A stretch of DNA of 64,000 nt from Auanema rhodensis (lineage: Eukaryota; Animalia; Nematoda), in contig OZ059899.1 in NCBI GenBank assembly GCA_964057225.1, positions 2,108,001 through 2,172,000 on the forward strand, written 5' to 3'. The translations under genes were made by a program, and so were the position numbers. The notes beneath the pieces are model-generated. The model searched no databases. It was not told the origin of the DNA and saw nothing but the letters and a program-made list of their open reading frames with translations. Numbering within the stretch: position 1 is the first letter of the stretch; the number at the start of each line of letters is the position of its first letter. Shown here piece after piece: positions 42,301 to 56,500 of the stretch.

Positions 42301-44572
42301 AATGTTGAGTGTACATGGAAACTCAACATACACTAATGCATCATTTTTCAAACGATCATAACTAATTTTTGTATTAAGCGTTTCTCAATGAAGTATAGTG
42401 CATTCGATGCGAATTTTTAAGCTGCGTCGATCTGTGTTATCAGATTTGCGCTAGCTTAAAAATGCACCGAGATATCAACTGATATAAGTTCACACTTATA
42501 TCCTCGATTTTCACCCTGAAGAATTAATTTTTTCGTTGAATAGCATTGTCCATCGTCTTTGCCTTGAAAAAAGGAATCTAAAAACATCTACTTTTCGCTA
42601 AATTATTTTGAAATTTTTCGAAAAAATTTTTGTCAAAATGTTTTTGGAAGCAATGTTGAGTGTACATGGAAACTCAACATACACTAATGCATCATTTTTC
42701 AAACGATCATAACTAATTTTTGTATCAAGCGTTTCTCGATGTAGTATAGTGCATTCGATGCGGATTTTTAAGCTGCGTCGATCTGTGTTATCAGATTTGC
42801 GCAGGCTTACAAATGCACCGAGATATCAACTGATATAAGTTCACACTTATATCCTCGATTTTCACCCTGAAGAATTAATTTTTTCGTTGAATAACATTGT
42901 CCATCGTCTTTGCCTTGAAAAATGGAATCTAAAAACATCTACTTTTTGCTAAATTATTTTGAAATTTTTCGAAAAAATTTTTGTCAAAATGTTTTTGGAA
43001 GCAATGTTGAGTGTACATGGAAACTCAACATACACTAATGCATCATTTTTCAAACAATCATAACTAATTTGTGTATTAAGCGTTTCTCAATGTAGTATAG
43101 TGCATTCGATGCGGATTTTTAAGCTGCGTCGATCTGTGTTATCAGATTTGCGCTAACTTAAAAATGCACCGAGATATCAACTGATATAAGTTCACACTTA
43201 TATCCTCGATTTTCACCCTGAAGAATTAATTTTTTCGTTGAATAGCATTGTCCATCGTCTTTGCCTTGAAAAAAGGAATCTAAAAACATCTACTTTTCGC
43301 TAAATTATTTTGAAATTTTTCGAAAAAATTTTTGTCAAAATGTTTTTGGAAGCAATGTTGAGTGTAAATGGAAACTCAACATACACTAATGCATCATTTT
43401 TCAAACGATCATAACTAATTTTTGTATCAAGCGTTTCTCGATGTAGTATAGTGCATTCGATGCGGATTTTTAAGCTGCGTCGATCTGTGTTATCAGATTT
43501 GCGCTAGCTTACAAATGCACCGAGATATCAACTGATATAAGTTCACACTTATATCCTCGATTTTCACCCTGAAGAATTAATTTTTTCGTTGAATAACATT
43601 GTCCATCGTCTTTGCCTTGAAAAATGAAATCTAAAAACATCTACTTTTTGCTAAATTATTTTGAAATTTTTCGAAAAAATTTTTGTCAAAATGTTTTTGG
43701 AAGCAATGTTGAGTGTACATGGAAACTCAACATACACTAATGCATCATTTTTCAAACAATCATAACTAATTTGTGTATTAAGCGTTTCTCAATGTAGTAT
43801 AGTGCATTCGATGCGGATTTTTAAGCTGCGTCGATCTGTGTTATCAGATTTGCGCTAGCTTAAAAATGCACCGAGATATCAACTGATATAAGTTCACACT
43901 TATATCCTCGATTTTCACCCTGAAGAATTGATTTTTTCGTTGAATAACATTGTCTATCGTCTTTGCCTTGAAAAATGGAATCTAAAAACATCTACTTTTT
44001 GCTAAATTATTTTGAAATTTTTCGAAAAAATTTTTGTCAAAATGTTTTTGGAAGCAATGTTGAGTGTACATGGAAACTCAACATACACTAATGCATCATT
44101 TTTCAAACGATCATAACTAATTTTTGTATTAAGCTTTTCTCAATGTAGTATAGTGCATTCGATGCGGATTTTTAAGCTGCGTCGATCTGTGTTATCAGAT
44201 TTGCGCTAGCTTAAAAATGCACCGAGATATCAACTGATATAAGTTCACACTTATATCCTCGATTTTCACCCTGAAGAATTAATTTTTTCGTTGAATAACA
44301 TTGTCCATCGTCTTTGCCTTGAAAAATGGAATCTAAAAACATCTACTTTTTGCTAAATTATTTTGAAATTTTTCGAAAACATTTTTGTCAAAATGTTTTT
44401 GGAAGCAATGTTGAGTGTACATGGAAACTCAACATACACTAATGCATCATTTTTCAAACGATCATAACTAATTTTTGGATCAAGCGTTTCTCAATGTAGT
44501 ATAGTGCATTCGATGCGGATTTTTAAGCTGCGTCGATCTGTGTTATCAGATTTGCGCTAGCTTAAAAATGCA
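27377..44572 (+). repeat. Array domain 2 (monomers 79-127): 4-mer higher-order repeat inside a 20-mer tandem duplication
   Basis: Alleles GAATAGC, TTTTCGCT, GCGCAGGCTTACA and TTCTCCC were seen only here. Private variants repeat at a 7,019-bp offset. Confidence 0.88.
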
Positions 44573-47500
44573 CCGAGATATCAACTGATATAAGTTCACA
44601 CTTATATCCTCGATTTTCACCCTGAAGAATTAATTTTTTCGTTGAATAACATTGTCCATCGTCTTTGCCTTGAAAAATGGAATCTAAAAACATCTACTTT
44701 TTGCTAAATTATTTTGAAATTTTTCGAAAAAATTTTTGTCAAAATGTTTTTGGAAGCAATGTTGAGTGTACATGGAAACTCAACATACACTAATGCATCA
44801 TTTTTCAAACGATCATAACTAATTTTTGTATCAAGCTTTTCTCAATGTAGTATAGTGCATTCGATGCGGATTTTTAAGCTGCGTCGATCTGTGTTATCAG
44901 ATTTGCGCTAGCTTAAAAATGCACCGAGATATCAACTGATATAAGTTCACACTTATATCCTCGATTTTCACCCTGAAAAATTGATTTTTTCGTTGAATAA
45001 CATTGTCTATCGTCTTTGCCTTGAAAAATGGAATCTAAAAACATCTACTTTTTGCTAAATTATTTTGAAATTTTTCGAAAAAATTTTTGTCAAAATGTTT
45101 TTGGAAGCAATGTTGAGTGTACATGGAAACTCAACATACACTAATGCATCATTTTTCAAACGATCATAACTAATTTTTGTATTAAGCTTTTCTCAATGTA
45201 GTATAGTGCATTCGATGCGGATTTTTAAGCTGCGTCGATCTGTGTTATCAGATTTGCGCTAGCTTAAAAATGCACCGAGATATCAACTGATATAAGTTCA
45301 CACTTATATCCTCGATTTTCACCCTGAAGAATTAATTTTTTCGTTGAATAACATTGTCCATCGTCTTTGCCTTGAAAAATGGAATCTAAAAACATCTACT
45401 TTTGGGCTAAATTATTTTGAAATTTTTTGAAAAAATTTTTGTCAAAATGTTTTTGGAAGCAATGTTGAGTGTACATGGAAACTCAACATACACTAATGCA
45501 TCATTTTTCAAACGATCATAACTAATTTTTGTATCAAGCGTTTCTCAATGTAGTATAGTGCATTCGATGCGGATTTTTAAGCTGCGTCGATCTGTGTTAT
45601 CAGATTTGCGCTAGCTTAAAAATGCACCGAGATATCAACTGATATAAGTTCACACTTATATCCTCGATTTTCACCCTGAAGAATTAATTTTTTCGTTGAA
45701 TAACATTGTCCATCGTCTTTGCCTTGAAAAATGGAATCCAAAAACATCTACTTTTTGCTAAATTATTTTGAAATTTTTCGAAAAAATTTTTGTCAAAATG
45801 TTTTTGGAAGCAATGTTGAGTGTACATGGAAACTCAACATACACTAATGCATCATTTTTCAAACGATCATAACTAATTCTTGTATCAAGCTTTCCTCAAT
45901 GTAGTATAGTGCATTCGATGCGGATTTTTAAGCTGCGTCGATCTGTGTTATCAGATTTGCGCTAGCTTAAAAATGCACCGAGATATCAACTGATATAAGT
46001 TCACACTTATATCCTCGATTTTCACCCTGAAAAATTGATTTTTTCGTTGAATAACATTGTCTATCGTCTTTGCCTTGAAAAATGGAATCTAAAAACATCT
46101 ACTTTTTGCTAAATTATTTTGAAATTTTTCGAAAAAATTTTTGTCAAAATGTTTTTGGAAGCAATGTTGAGTGTACATGGAAACTCAACATACACTAATG
46201 CATCATTTTTCAAACGATCATAACTAATTTTTGTATCAAGCGTTTCTCAATGTAGTATAGTGCATTCGATGCGGATTTTTAAGCTGCGTCGATCTGTGTT
46301 ATCAGATTTGCGCTAACTTAAAAATGCACCGAGATATCAACTGATATAAGTTCACACTTATATCCTCGATTTTCACCCTGAAGAATTGATTTTTTCGTTG
46401 AATAACATTGTCTATCGTCTTTGCCTTGGAAAATGGAATCTAAAAACATCTACTTTTTGCTAAATTATTTTGAAATTTTTCGAAAAAATTTTTGTCAAAA
46501 TGTTTTTGGAAGCAATGTTGAGTGTACATGGAAACTCAACATACACTAATGCATCATTTTTCAAACGATCATAACTAATTTTTGTATTAAGCTTTTCTCA
46601 ATGTAGTATAGTGCATTCGATGCGGATTTTTAAGCTGCGTCGATCTGTGTTATCAGATTTGCGCTAGCTTAAAAATGCACCGAGATATCAACTGATATAA
46701 GTTCACACTTATATCCTCGATTTTCACCCTGAAGAATTAATTTTTTCGTTGAATAACATTGTCCATCGTCTTTGCCTTGAAAAATGGAATCTAAAAACAT
46801 CTACTTTTTGCTAAATTATTTTGAAATTTTTCGAAAAAATTTTTGTCAAAATGTTTTTGGAAGCAATGTTGAGTGTACATGGAAACTCAACATACACTAA
46901 TGCATCATTTTTCAAACGATCATAACTAATTTTTGTATCAAGCTTTTCTCAATGTAGTATAGTGCATTCGATGCGGATTTTTAAGCTGCGTCGATCTGTG
47001 TTATCAGATTTGCGCTAGCTTAAAAATGCACCGAGATATCAACTGATATAAGTTCACACTTATATCCTCGATTTTCACCATGAACAATTAATTTTTTCGT
47101 TGAATAACATTGTCCATCGTCTTTGCCTTGAAAAATGGAATCTAAAAACATTTACTTTTTGCTAAATTATTTTGAAATTTTTCGAAAAAATTTTTGTCAA
47201 AATGTTTTTGGAAGCAATGTTGAGTGTACATGGAAACTCAACATACACTAATGCATCATTTTTCAAACGATCATAACTAATTTTTGTATCAAGCGTTTCT
47301 CAATGTAGTATAGTGCATTCGATGCGGATTTTCAAGCTGCGTCGATCTGTGTTATCAGATTTGGGCTAGCTTAAAAATGCACCGAGATATCAACTGATAT
47401 AAGTTCACACTTATATCCTCGATTTTCACCCTGAAAAATTGATTTTTTCGTTGAATAACATTGTCTATCGTCTTTGCCTTGAAAAATGGAATCTAAAAAC

Positions 47501-50500
47501 ATCTACTTTTTGCTAAATTATTTTGAAATTTTTCGAAAAAATTTTTGTCAAAATGTTTTTGGAAGCAATGTTGAGTGTACATGGAAACTCAACATACACT
47601 AATGCATCATTTTTCAAACGATCATAACTAATTTTTGTATCAAGCGTTTCTCAATGTAGTATAGTGCATTCGATGCGGATTTTTAAGCTGCGTCGATCTG
47701 TGTTATCAGATTTGCGCTAACTTAAAAATGCACCGAGATATCAACTGATATAAGTTCACACTTATATCCTCGATTTTCACCCTGAAGAATTAATTTTTTC
47801 GTTGAATAACATTGTCCATCGTCTTTGCCTTGAAAAATGGAATCTAAAAACATCTACTTTTTGCTAAATTATTTTGAAATTTTTCGAAAAAATTTTTGTC
47901 AAAATGTTTTTGGAAGCAATGTTGAGTGTACATGGAAACTCAACATACACTAATGCATCATTTTTCAAACGATCATAACTAATTTTTGTATCAAGCTTTT
48001 CTCAATGTAGTATAGTGCATTCGATGCGGATTTTTAAGCTGCGTCGATCTGTGTTATCAGATTTGCGCTAGCTTAAAAATGCACCGAGATATCAACTGAT
48101 ATAAGTTCACACTTATATCCTCGATTTTCACCCTGAAAAATTGATTTTTTCGTTGAATAACATTGTCTATCGTCTTTGCCTTGAAAAATGAAATCTAAAA
48201 ACATCTACTTTTTGCTAAATTATTTTGAAATTTTTCGAAAAAATTTTTGTCAAAATGTTTTTGGAAGCAATGTTGAGTGTACATGGAAACTCAACATACA
48301 CTAATGCATCATTTTTCAAACGATCATAACTAATTTTTGTATCAAGCGTTTCTCAATGTAGTATAGTGCATTCGATGCGGATTTTTAAGCTGCGTCGATC
48401 TGTGTTATCAGATTTGCGCTAACTTAAAAATGCACCGAGATATCAACTGATATAAGTTCACACTTATATCCTCGATTTTCACCCTGAACAATTAATTTTT
48501 TCGTTGAATAACATTGTCCATCGTCTTTGCCTTGAAAAATGGAATCTAAAAACATCTACTTTTTGCTAAATTATTTTGAAATTTTTCGAAAAAATTTTTG
48601 TCAAAATGTTTTTGGAAGCAATGTTGAGTGTACATGGAAACTCAACATACACTAATGCATCATTTTTCAAACGATCATAACTAATTTTTGTATTAAGCTT
48701 TTCTCAATGTAGTATAGTGCATTCGATGCGGATTTTTAAGCTGCGTCGATCTGTGTTATCAGATTTGCGCTAGCTTAAAAATGCACCGAGATATCAACTG
48801 ATATAAGTTCACACTTATATCCTCGATTTTCACCCTGAAGAATTAATTTTTTCGTTGAATAACATTGTCCATCGTCTTTGCCTTGAAAAATGGAATCTAA
48901 AAACATCTACTTTTTGCTAAATTATTTTGAAATTTTTCGAAAAAATTTTTGTCAAAATGTTTTTGGAAGCAATGTTGAGTGTACATGGAAACTCAACATA
49001 CACTAATGCATCATTTTTCAAACGATCATAACTAATTTTTGGATCAAGCGTTTCTCAATGTAGTATAGTGCATTCGATGCGGATTTTTAAGCTGCGTCGA
49101 TCTGTGTTATCAGATTTGCGCTAGCTTAAAAATGCACCGAGATATCAACTGATATAAGTTCACACTTATATCCTCGATTTTCACCCTGAAAAATTGATTT
49201 TTTCGTTGAATAACATTGTCTATCGTCTTTGCCTTGAAAAATGGAATCTAAAAACATCTACTTTTTGCTAAATTATTTTGAAATTTTTCGAAAAAATTTT
49301 TGTCAAAATGTTTTTGGAAGCAATGTTGAGTGTACATGGAAACTCAACATACACTAATGCATCATTTTTCAAACGATCATAACTAATTTTTGTATCAAGC
49401 GTTTCTCAATGTAGTATAGTGCATTCGATGCGGATTTTTAAGCTGCGTCGATCTGTGTTATCAGATTTGCGCTAACTTAAAAATGCACCGAGATATCAAC
49501 TGATATAAGTTCACACTTATATCCTCGATTTTCACCCTGAAGAATTGATTTTTTCGTTGAATAACATTGTCTATCGTCTTTGCCTTGAAAAATGGAATCT
49601 AAAAACATCTACTTTTTGCTAAATTATTTTGAAATTTTTCGAAAAAATTTTTGTCAAAATGTTTTTGGAAGCAATGTTGAGTGTACATGGAAACTCAACA
49701 TACACTAATGCATCATTTTTCAAACGATCATAACTAATTTTTGTATTAAGCTTTTCTCAATGTAGTATAGTGCATTCGATGCGGATTTTTAAGCTGCGTC
49801 GATCTGTGTTATCAGATTTGCGCTAGCTTAAAAATGCACCGAGATATCAACTGATATAAGTTCACACTTATATCCTCGATTTTCACCCTGAAAAATTGAT
49901 TTTTTCGTTGAATAACATTGTCTATCGTCTTTGCCTTGAAAAATGGAATCTAAAAACATCTACTTTTTGCTAAATTATTTTGAAATTTTTCGAAAAAATT
50001 TTTGTCAAAATGTTTTTGGAAGCAATGTTGAGTGTACATGGAAACTCAACATACACTAATGCATCATTTTTCAAACGATCATAACTAATTTTTGTATCAA
50101 GCGTTTCTCAATGTAGTATAGTGCATTCGATGCGGATTTTTAAGCTGCGTCGATCTGTGTTATCAGATTTGCGCTAACTTAAAAATGCACCGAGATATCA
50201 ACTGATATAAGTTCACACTTATATCCTCGATTTTCACCCTGAAGAATTGATTTTTTCGTTGAATAACATTGTCTATCGTCTTTGCCTTGAAAAATGGAAT
50301 CTAAAAACATCTACTTTTTGCTAAATTATTTTGAAATTTTTCGAAAAAATTTTTGTCAAAATGTTTTTGGAAGCAATGTTGAGTGTACATGGAAACTCAA
50401 CATACACTAATGCATCATTTTTCAAACGATCATAACTAATTTTTGTATTAAGCTTTTCTCAATGTAGTATAGTGCATTCGATGCGGATTTTTAAGCTGCG

Positions 50501-53500
50501 TCGATCTGTGTTATCAGATTTGCGCTAGCTTAAAAATGCACCGAGATATCAACTGATATAAGTTCACACTTATATCCTCGATTTTCACCATGAACAATTA
50601 ATTTTTTCGTTGAATAACATTGTCCATCGTCTTTGCCTTGAAAAATGGAATCTAAAAACATCTACTTTTTGCTAAATTATTTTGAAATTTTTCGAAAAAA
50701 TTTTTGTCAAAATGTTTTTGGAAGCAATGTTGAGTGTACATGGAAACTCAACATACACTAATGCATCATTTTTCAAACGATCATAACTAATTTTTGTATC
50801 AAGCGTTTCTCAATGTAGTATAGTGCATTCGATGCGGATTTTTAAGCTGCGTCGATCTGTGTTATCAGATTTGCGCTAGCTTAAAAATGCACCGAGATAT
50901 CAACTGATATAAGTTCACACTTATATCCTCGATTTTCACCCTGAAAAATTGATTTTTTCGTTGAATAACATTGTCTATCGTCTTTGCCTTGAAAAATGGA
51001 ATCTAAAAACATCTACTTTTTGCTAAATTATTTTGAAATTTTTCGAAAAAATTTTTGTCAAAATGTTTTTGGAAGCAATGTTGAGTGTACATGGAAACTC
51101 AACATACACTAATGCATCATTTTTCAAACGATCATAACTAATTTTTGTATCAAGCGTTTCTCAATGTAGTATAGTGCATTCGATGCGGATTTTTAAGCTG
51201 CGTCGATCTGTGTTATCAGATTTGCGCTAACTTAAAAATGCACCGAGATATCAACTGATATAAGTTCACACTTATATCCTCGATTTTCACCCTGAAGAAT
51301 TGATTTTTTCGTTGAATAACATTGTCTATCGTCTTTGCCTTGAAAAATGGAATCTAAAAACATTTACTTTTTGCTAAATTATTTTGAAATTTTTCGAAAA
51401 AATTTTTGTCAAAATGTTTTTGGAAGCAATGTTGAGTGTACATGGAAACTCAACATACACTAATGCATCATTTTTCAAACGATCATAACTAATTTTTGTA
51501 TTAAGCTTTTCTCAATGTAGTATAGTGCATTCGATGCGGATTTTTAAGCTGCGTCGATCTGTGTTATCAGATTTGCGCTAGCTTAAAAATGCACCGAGAT
51601 ATCAACTGATATAAGTTCACACTTATATCCTCGATTTTCACCCTGAAGAATTGATTTTTTCGTTGAATAACATTGTCTATCGTCTTTGCCTTGAAAAATG
51701 GAATCTAAAAACATCTACTTTTTGCTAAATTATTTTGAAATTTTTCGAAAAAATTTTTGTCAAAATGTTTTTGGAAGCAATGTTGAGTGTACATGGAAAC
51801 TCAACATACACTAATGCATCATTTTTCAAACGATCATAACTAATTTTTGTATTAAGCTTTTCTCAATGTAGTATAGTGCATTCGATGCGGATTTTTAAGC
51901 TGCGTCGATCTGTGTTATCAGATTTGCGCTAGCTTAAAAATGCACCGAGATATCAACTGATATAAGTTCACACTTATATCCTCGATTTTCACCCTGAAGA
52001 ATTAATTTTTTCGTTGAATAACATTGTCCATCGTCTTTGCCTTGAAAAATGGAATCTAAAAACATCTACTTTTTGCTAAATTATTTTGAAATTTTTCGAA
52101 AAAATTTTTGTCAAAATGTTTTTGGAAGCAATGTTGAGTGTACATGGAAACTCAACATACACTAATGCATCATTTTTCAAACGATCATAACTAATTTTTG
52201 TATCAAGCTTTTCTCAATGTAGTATAGTGCATTCGATGCGGATTTTTAAGCTGCGTCGATCTGTGTTATCAGATTTGCGCTAGCTTAAAAATGCACCGAG
52301 ATATCAACTGATATAAGTTCACACTTATATCCTCGATTTTCACCATGAACAATTAATTTTTTCGTTGAATAACATTGTCCATCGTCTTTGCCTTGAAAAA
52401 TGGAATCTAAAAACATCTACTTTTTGCTAAATTATTTTGAAATTTTTCGAAAAAATTTTTGTCAAAATGTTTTTGGAAGCAATGTTGAGTGTACATGGAA
52501 ACTCAACATACACTAATGCATCATTTTTCAAACGATCATAACTAATTTTTGTATCAAGCTTTTCTCAATGTAGTATAGTGCATTCGATGCGGATTTTTAA
52601 GCTGCGTCGATCTGTGTTATCAGATTTGCGCTAGCTTAAAAATGCACCGAGATATCAACTGATATAAGTTCACACTTATATCCTCGATTTTCACCATGAA
52701 CAATTAATTTTTTCGTTGAATAACATTGTCCATCGTCTTTGCCTTGAAAAATGGAATCTAAAAACATCTACTTTTTGCTAAATTATTTTGAAATTTTTCG
52801 AAAAAATTTTTGTCAAAATGTTTTTGGAAGCAATGTTGAGTGTACATGGAAACTCAACATACACTAATGCATCATTTTTCAAACGATCATAACTAATTTT
52901 TGTATCAAGCGTTTCTCAATGTAGTATAGTGCATTCAATGCGGATTTTCAAGCTGCGTCGATCTGTGTTATCAGATTTGGGCTAGCTTAAAAATGCACCG
53001 AGATATCAACTGATATAAGTTCACACTTATATCCTCGATTTTCACCCTGAAAAATTGATTTTTTCGTTGAATAACATTGTCTATCGTCTTTGCCTTGAAA
53101 AATGGAATCTAAAAACATCTACTTTTTGCTAAATTATTTTGAAATTTTTCGAAAAAATTTTTGTCAAAATGTTTTTGGAAGCAATGTTGAGTGTACATGG
53201 AAACTCAACATACACTAATGCATCATTTTTCAAACGATCATAACTAATTTTTGTATCAAGCGTTTCTCAATGTAGTATAGTGCATTCGATGCGGATTTTT
53301 AAGCTGCGTCGATCTGTGTTATCAGATTTGCGCTAGCTTAAAAATGCACCGAGATATCAACTGATATAAGTTCACACTTATATCCTCGATTTTCACCCTG
53401 AAAAATTGATTTTTTCGTTGAATAACATTGTCTATCGTCTTTGCCTTGAAAAATGGAATCTAAAAACATCTACTTTTTGCTAAATTATTTTGAAATTTTT

Positions 53501-56500
53501 CGAAAAAATTTTTGTCAAAATGTTTTTGGAAGCAATGTTGAGTGTACATGGAAACTCAACATACACTAATGCATCATTTTTCAAACGATCATAACTAATT
53601 TTTGTATCAAGCGTTTCTCAATGTAGTATAGTGCATTCGATGCGGATTTTTAAGCTGCGTCGATCTGTGTTATCAGATTTGCGCTAGCTTAAAAATGCAC
53701 CGAGATATCAACTGATATAAGTTCACACTTATATCCTCGATTTTCACCCTGAAAAATTGATTTTTTCGTTGAATAACATTGTCTATCGTCTTTGCCTTGA
53801 AAAATGGAATCTAAAAACATCTACTTTTTGCTAAATTATTTTGAAATTTTTCGAAAAAATTTTTGTCAAAATGTTTTTGGAAGCAATGTTGAGTGTACAT
53901 GGAAACTCAACATACACTAATGCATCATTTTTCAAACGATCATAACTAATTTTTGTATCAAGCGTTTCTCAATGTAGTATAGTGCATTCGATGCGGATTT
54001 TTAAGCTGCGTCGATCTGTGTTATCAGATTTGCGCTAACTTAAAAATGCACCGAGATATCAACTGATATAAGTTCACACTTATATCCTCGATTTTCACCC
54101 TGAAGAATTGATTTTTTCGTTGAATAACATTGTCTATCGTCTTTGCCTTGAAAAATGGAATCTAAAAACATCTACTTTTTGCTAAATTATTTTGAAATTT
54201 TTCGAAAAAATTTTTGTCAAAATGTTTTTGGAAGCAATGTTGAGTGTACATGGAAACTCAACATACACTAATGCATCATTTTTCAAACGATCATAACTAA
54301 TTTTTGTATCAAGCTTTTTTCAATGTAGTATAGTGCATTCGATGCGGATTTTTAAGCTGCGTCGATCTGTGTTATCAGATTTGCGCTAGCTTAAAAATGC
54401 ACCGAGATATCAACTGATATAAGTTCACACTTATATCCTCGATTTTCACCCTGAAAAATTGATTTTTTCGTTGAATAACATTGTCTATCGTCTTTGCCTT
54501 GAAAAATGGAATCTAAAAACATCTACTTTTTGCTAAATTATTTTGAAATTTTTCGAAAAAATTTTTGTCAAAATGTTTTTGGAAGCAATGTTGAGTGTAC
54601 ATGGAAACTCAACATACACTAATGCATCATTTTTCAAACGATCATAACTAATTTTTGTATCAAGCTTTTCTCAATGTAGTATAGTGCATTCGATGCGGAT
54701 TTTTAAGCTGCGTCGATCTGTGTTATCAGATTTGCGCTAGCTTAAAAATGCACCGAGATATCAACTGATATAAGTTCACACTTATATCCTCGATTTTCAC
54801 CATGAACAATTAATTTTTTCGTTGAATAACATTGTCTATCGTCTTTGCCTTGAAAAATGGAATCTAAAAACATCTACTTTTTGCTAAATTATTTTGAAAT
54901 TTTTCGAAAAAATTTTTGTCAAAATGTTTTTGGAAGCAATGTTGAGTGTACATGGAAACTCAACATACACTAATGCATCATTTTTCAAACGATCATAACT
55001 AATTTTTGTATTAAGCTTTTCTCAATGTAGTATAGTGCATTCGATGCGGATTTTTAAGCTGCGTCGATCTGTGTTATCAGATTTGCGCTAGCTTAAAAAT
55101 GCACCGAGATATCAACTGATATAAGTTCACACTTATATCCTCGATTTTCACCCTGAAAAATTGATTTTTTCGTTGAATAACATTGTCTATCGTCTTTGCC
55201 TTGAAAAATGGAATCTAAAAACATCTACTTTTTGCTAAATTATTTTGAAATTTTTCGAAAAAATTTTTGTCAAAATGTTTTTGGAAGCAATGTTGAGTGT
55301 ACATGGAAACTCAACATACACTAATGCATCATTTTTCAAACGATCATAACTAATTTTTGTATCAAGCGTTTCTCAATGTAGTATAGTGCATTCGATGCGG
55401 ATTTTTAAGCTGCGTCGATCTGTGTTATCAGATTTGCGCTAACTTAAAAATGCACCGAGATATCAACTGATATAAGTTCACACTTATATCCTCGATTTTC
55501 ACCCTGAAGAATTGATTTTTTCGTTGAATAACATTGTCTATCGTCTTTGCCTTGAAAAATGGAATCTAAAAACATCTACTTTTTGCTAAATTATTTTGAA
55601 ATTTTTCGAAAAAATTTTTGTCAAAATGTTTTTGGAAGCAATGTTGAGTGTACATGGAAACTCAACATACACTAATGCATCATTTTTCAAACGATCATAA
55701 CTAATTTTTGTATCAAGCGTTTCTCAATGTAGTATAGTGCATTCGATGCGGATTTTTAAGCTGCGTCGATCTGTGTTATCAGATTTGCGCTAGCTTAAAA
55801 ATGCACCGAGATATCAACTGATATAAGTTCACACTTATATCCTCGATTTTCACCCTGAAAAATTGATTTTTTCGTTGAATAACATTGTCTATCGTCTTTG
55901 CCTTGAAAAATGGAATCTAAAAACATCTACTTTTTGCTAAATTATTTTGAAATTTTTCGAAAAAATTTTTGTCAAAATGTTTTTGGAAGCAATGTTGAGT
56001 GTACATGGAAACTCAACATACACTAATGCATCATTTTTCAAACGATCATAACTAATTTTTGTATCAAGCGTTTCTCAATGTAGTATAGTGCATTCGATGC
56101 GGATTTTTAAGCTGCGTCGATCTGTGTTATCAGATTTGCGCTAGCTTAAAAATGCACCGAGATATCAACTGATATAAGTTCACACTTATATCCTCGATTT
56201 TCACCCTGAAAAATTGATTTTTTCGTTGAATAACATTGTCTATCGTCTTTGCCTTGAAAAATGGAATCTAAAAACATCTACTTTTTGCTAAATTATTTTG
56301 AAATTTTTCGAAAAAATTTTTGTCAAAATGTTTTTGGAAGCAATGTTGAGTGTACATGGAAACTCAACATACACTAATGCATCATTTTTCAAACGATCAT
56401 AACTAATTTTTGTATCAAGCGTTTCTCAATGTAGTATAGTGCATTCGATGCGGATTTTTAAGCTGCGTCGATCTGTGTTATCAGATTTGCGCTAACTTAA

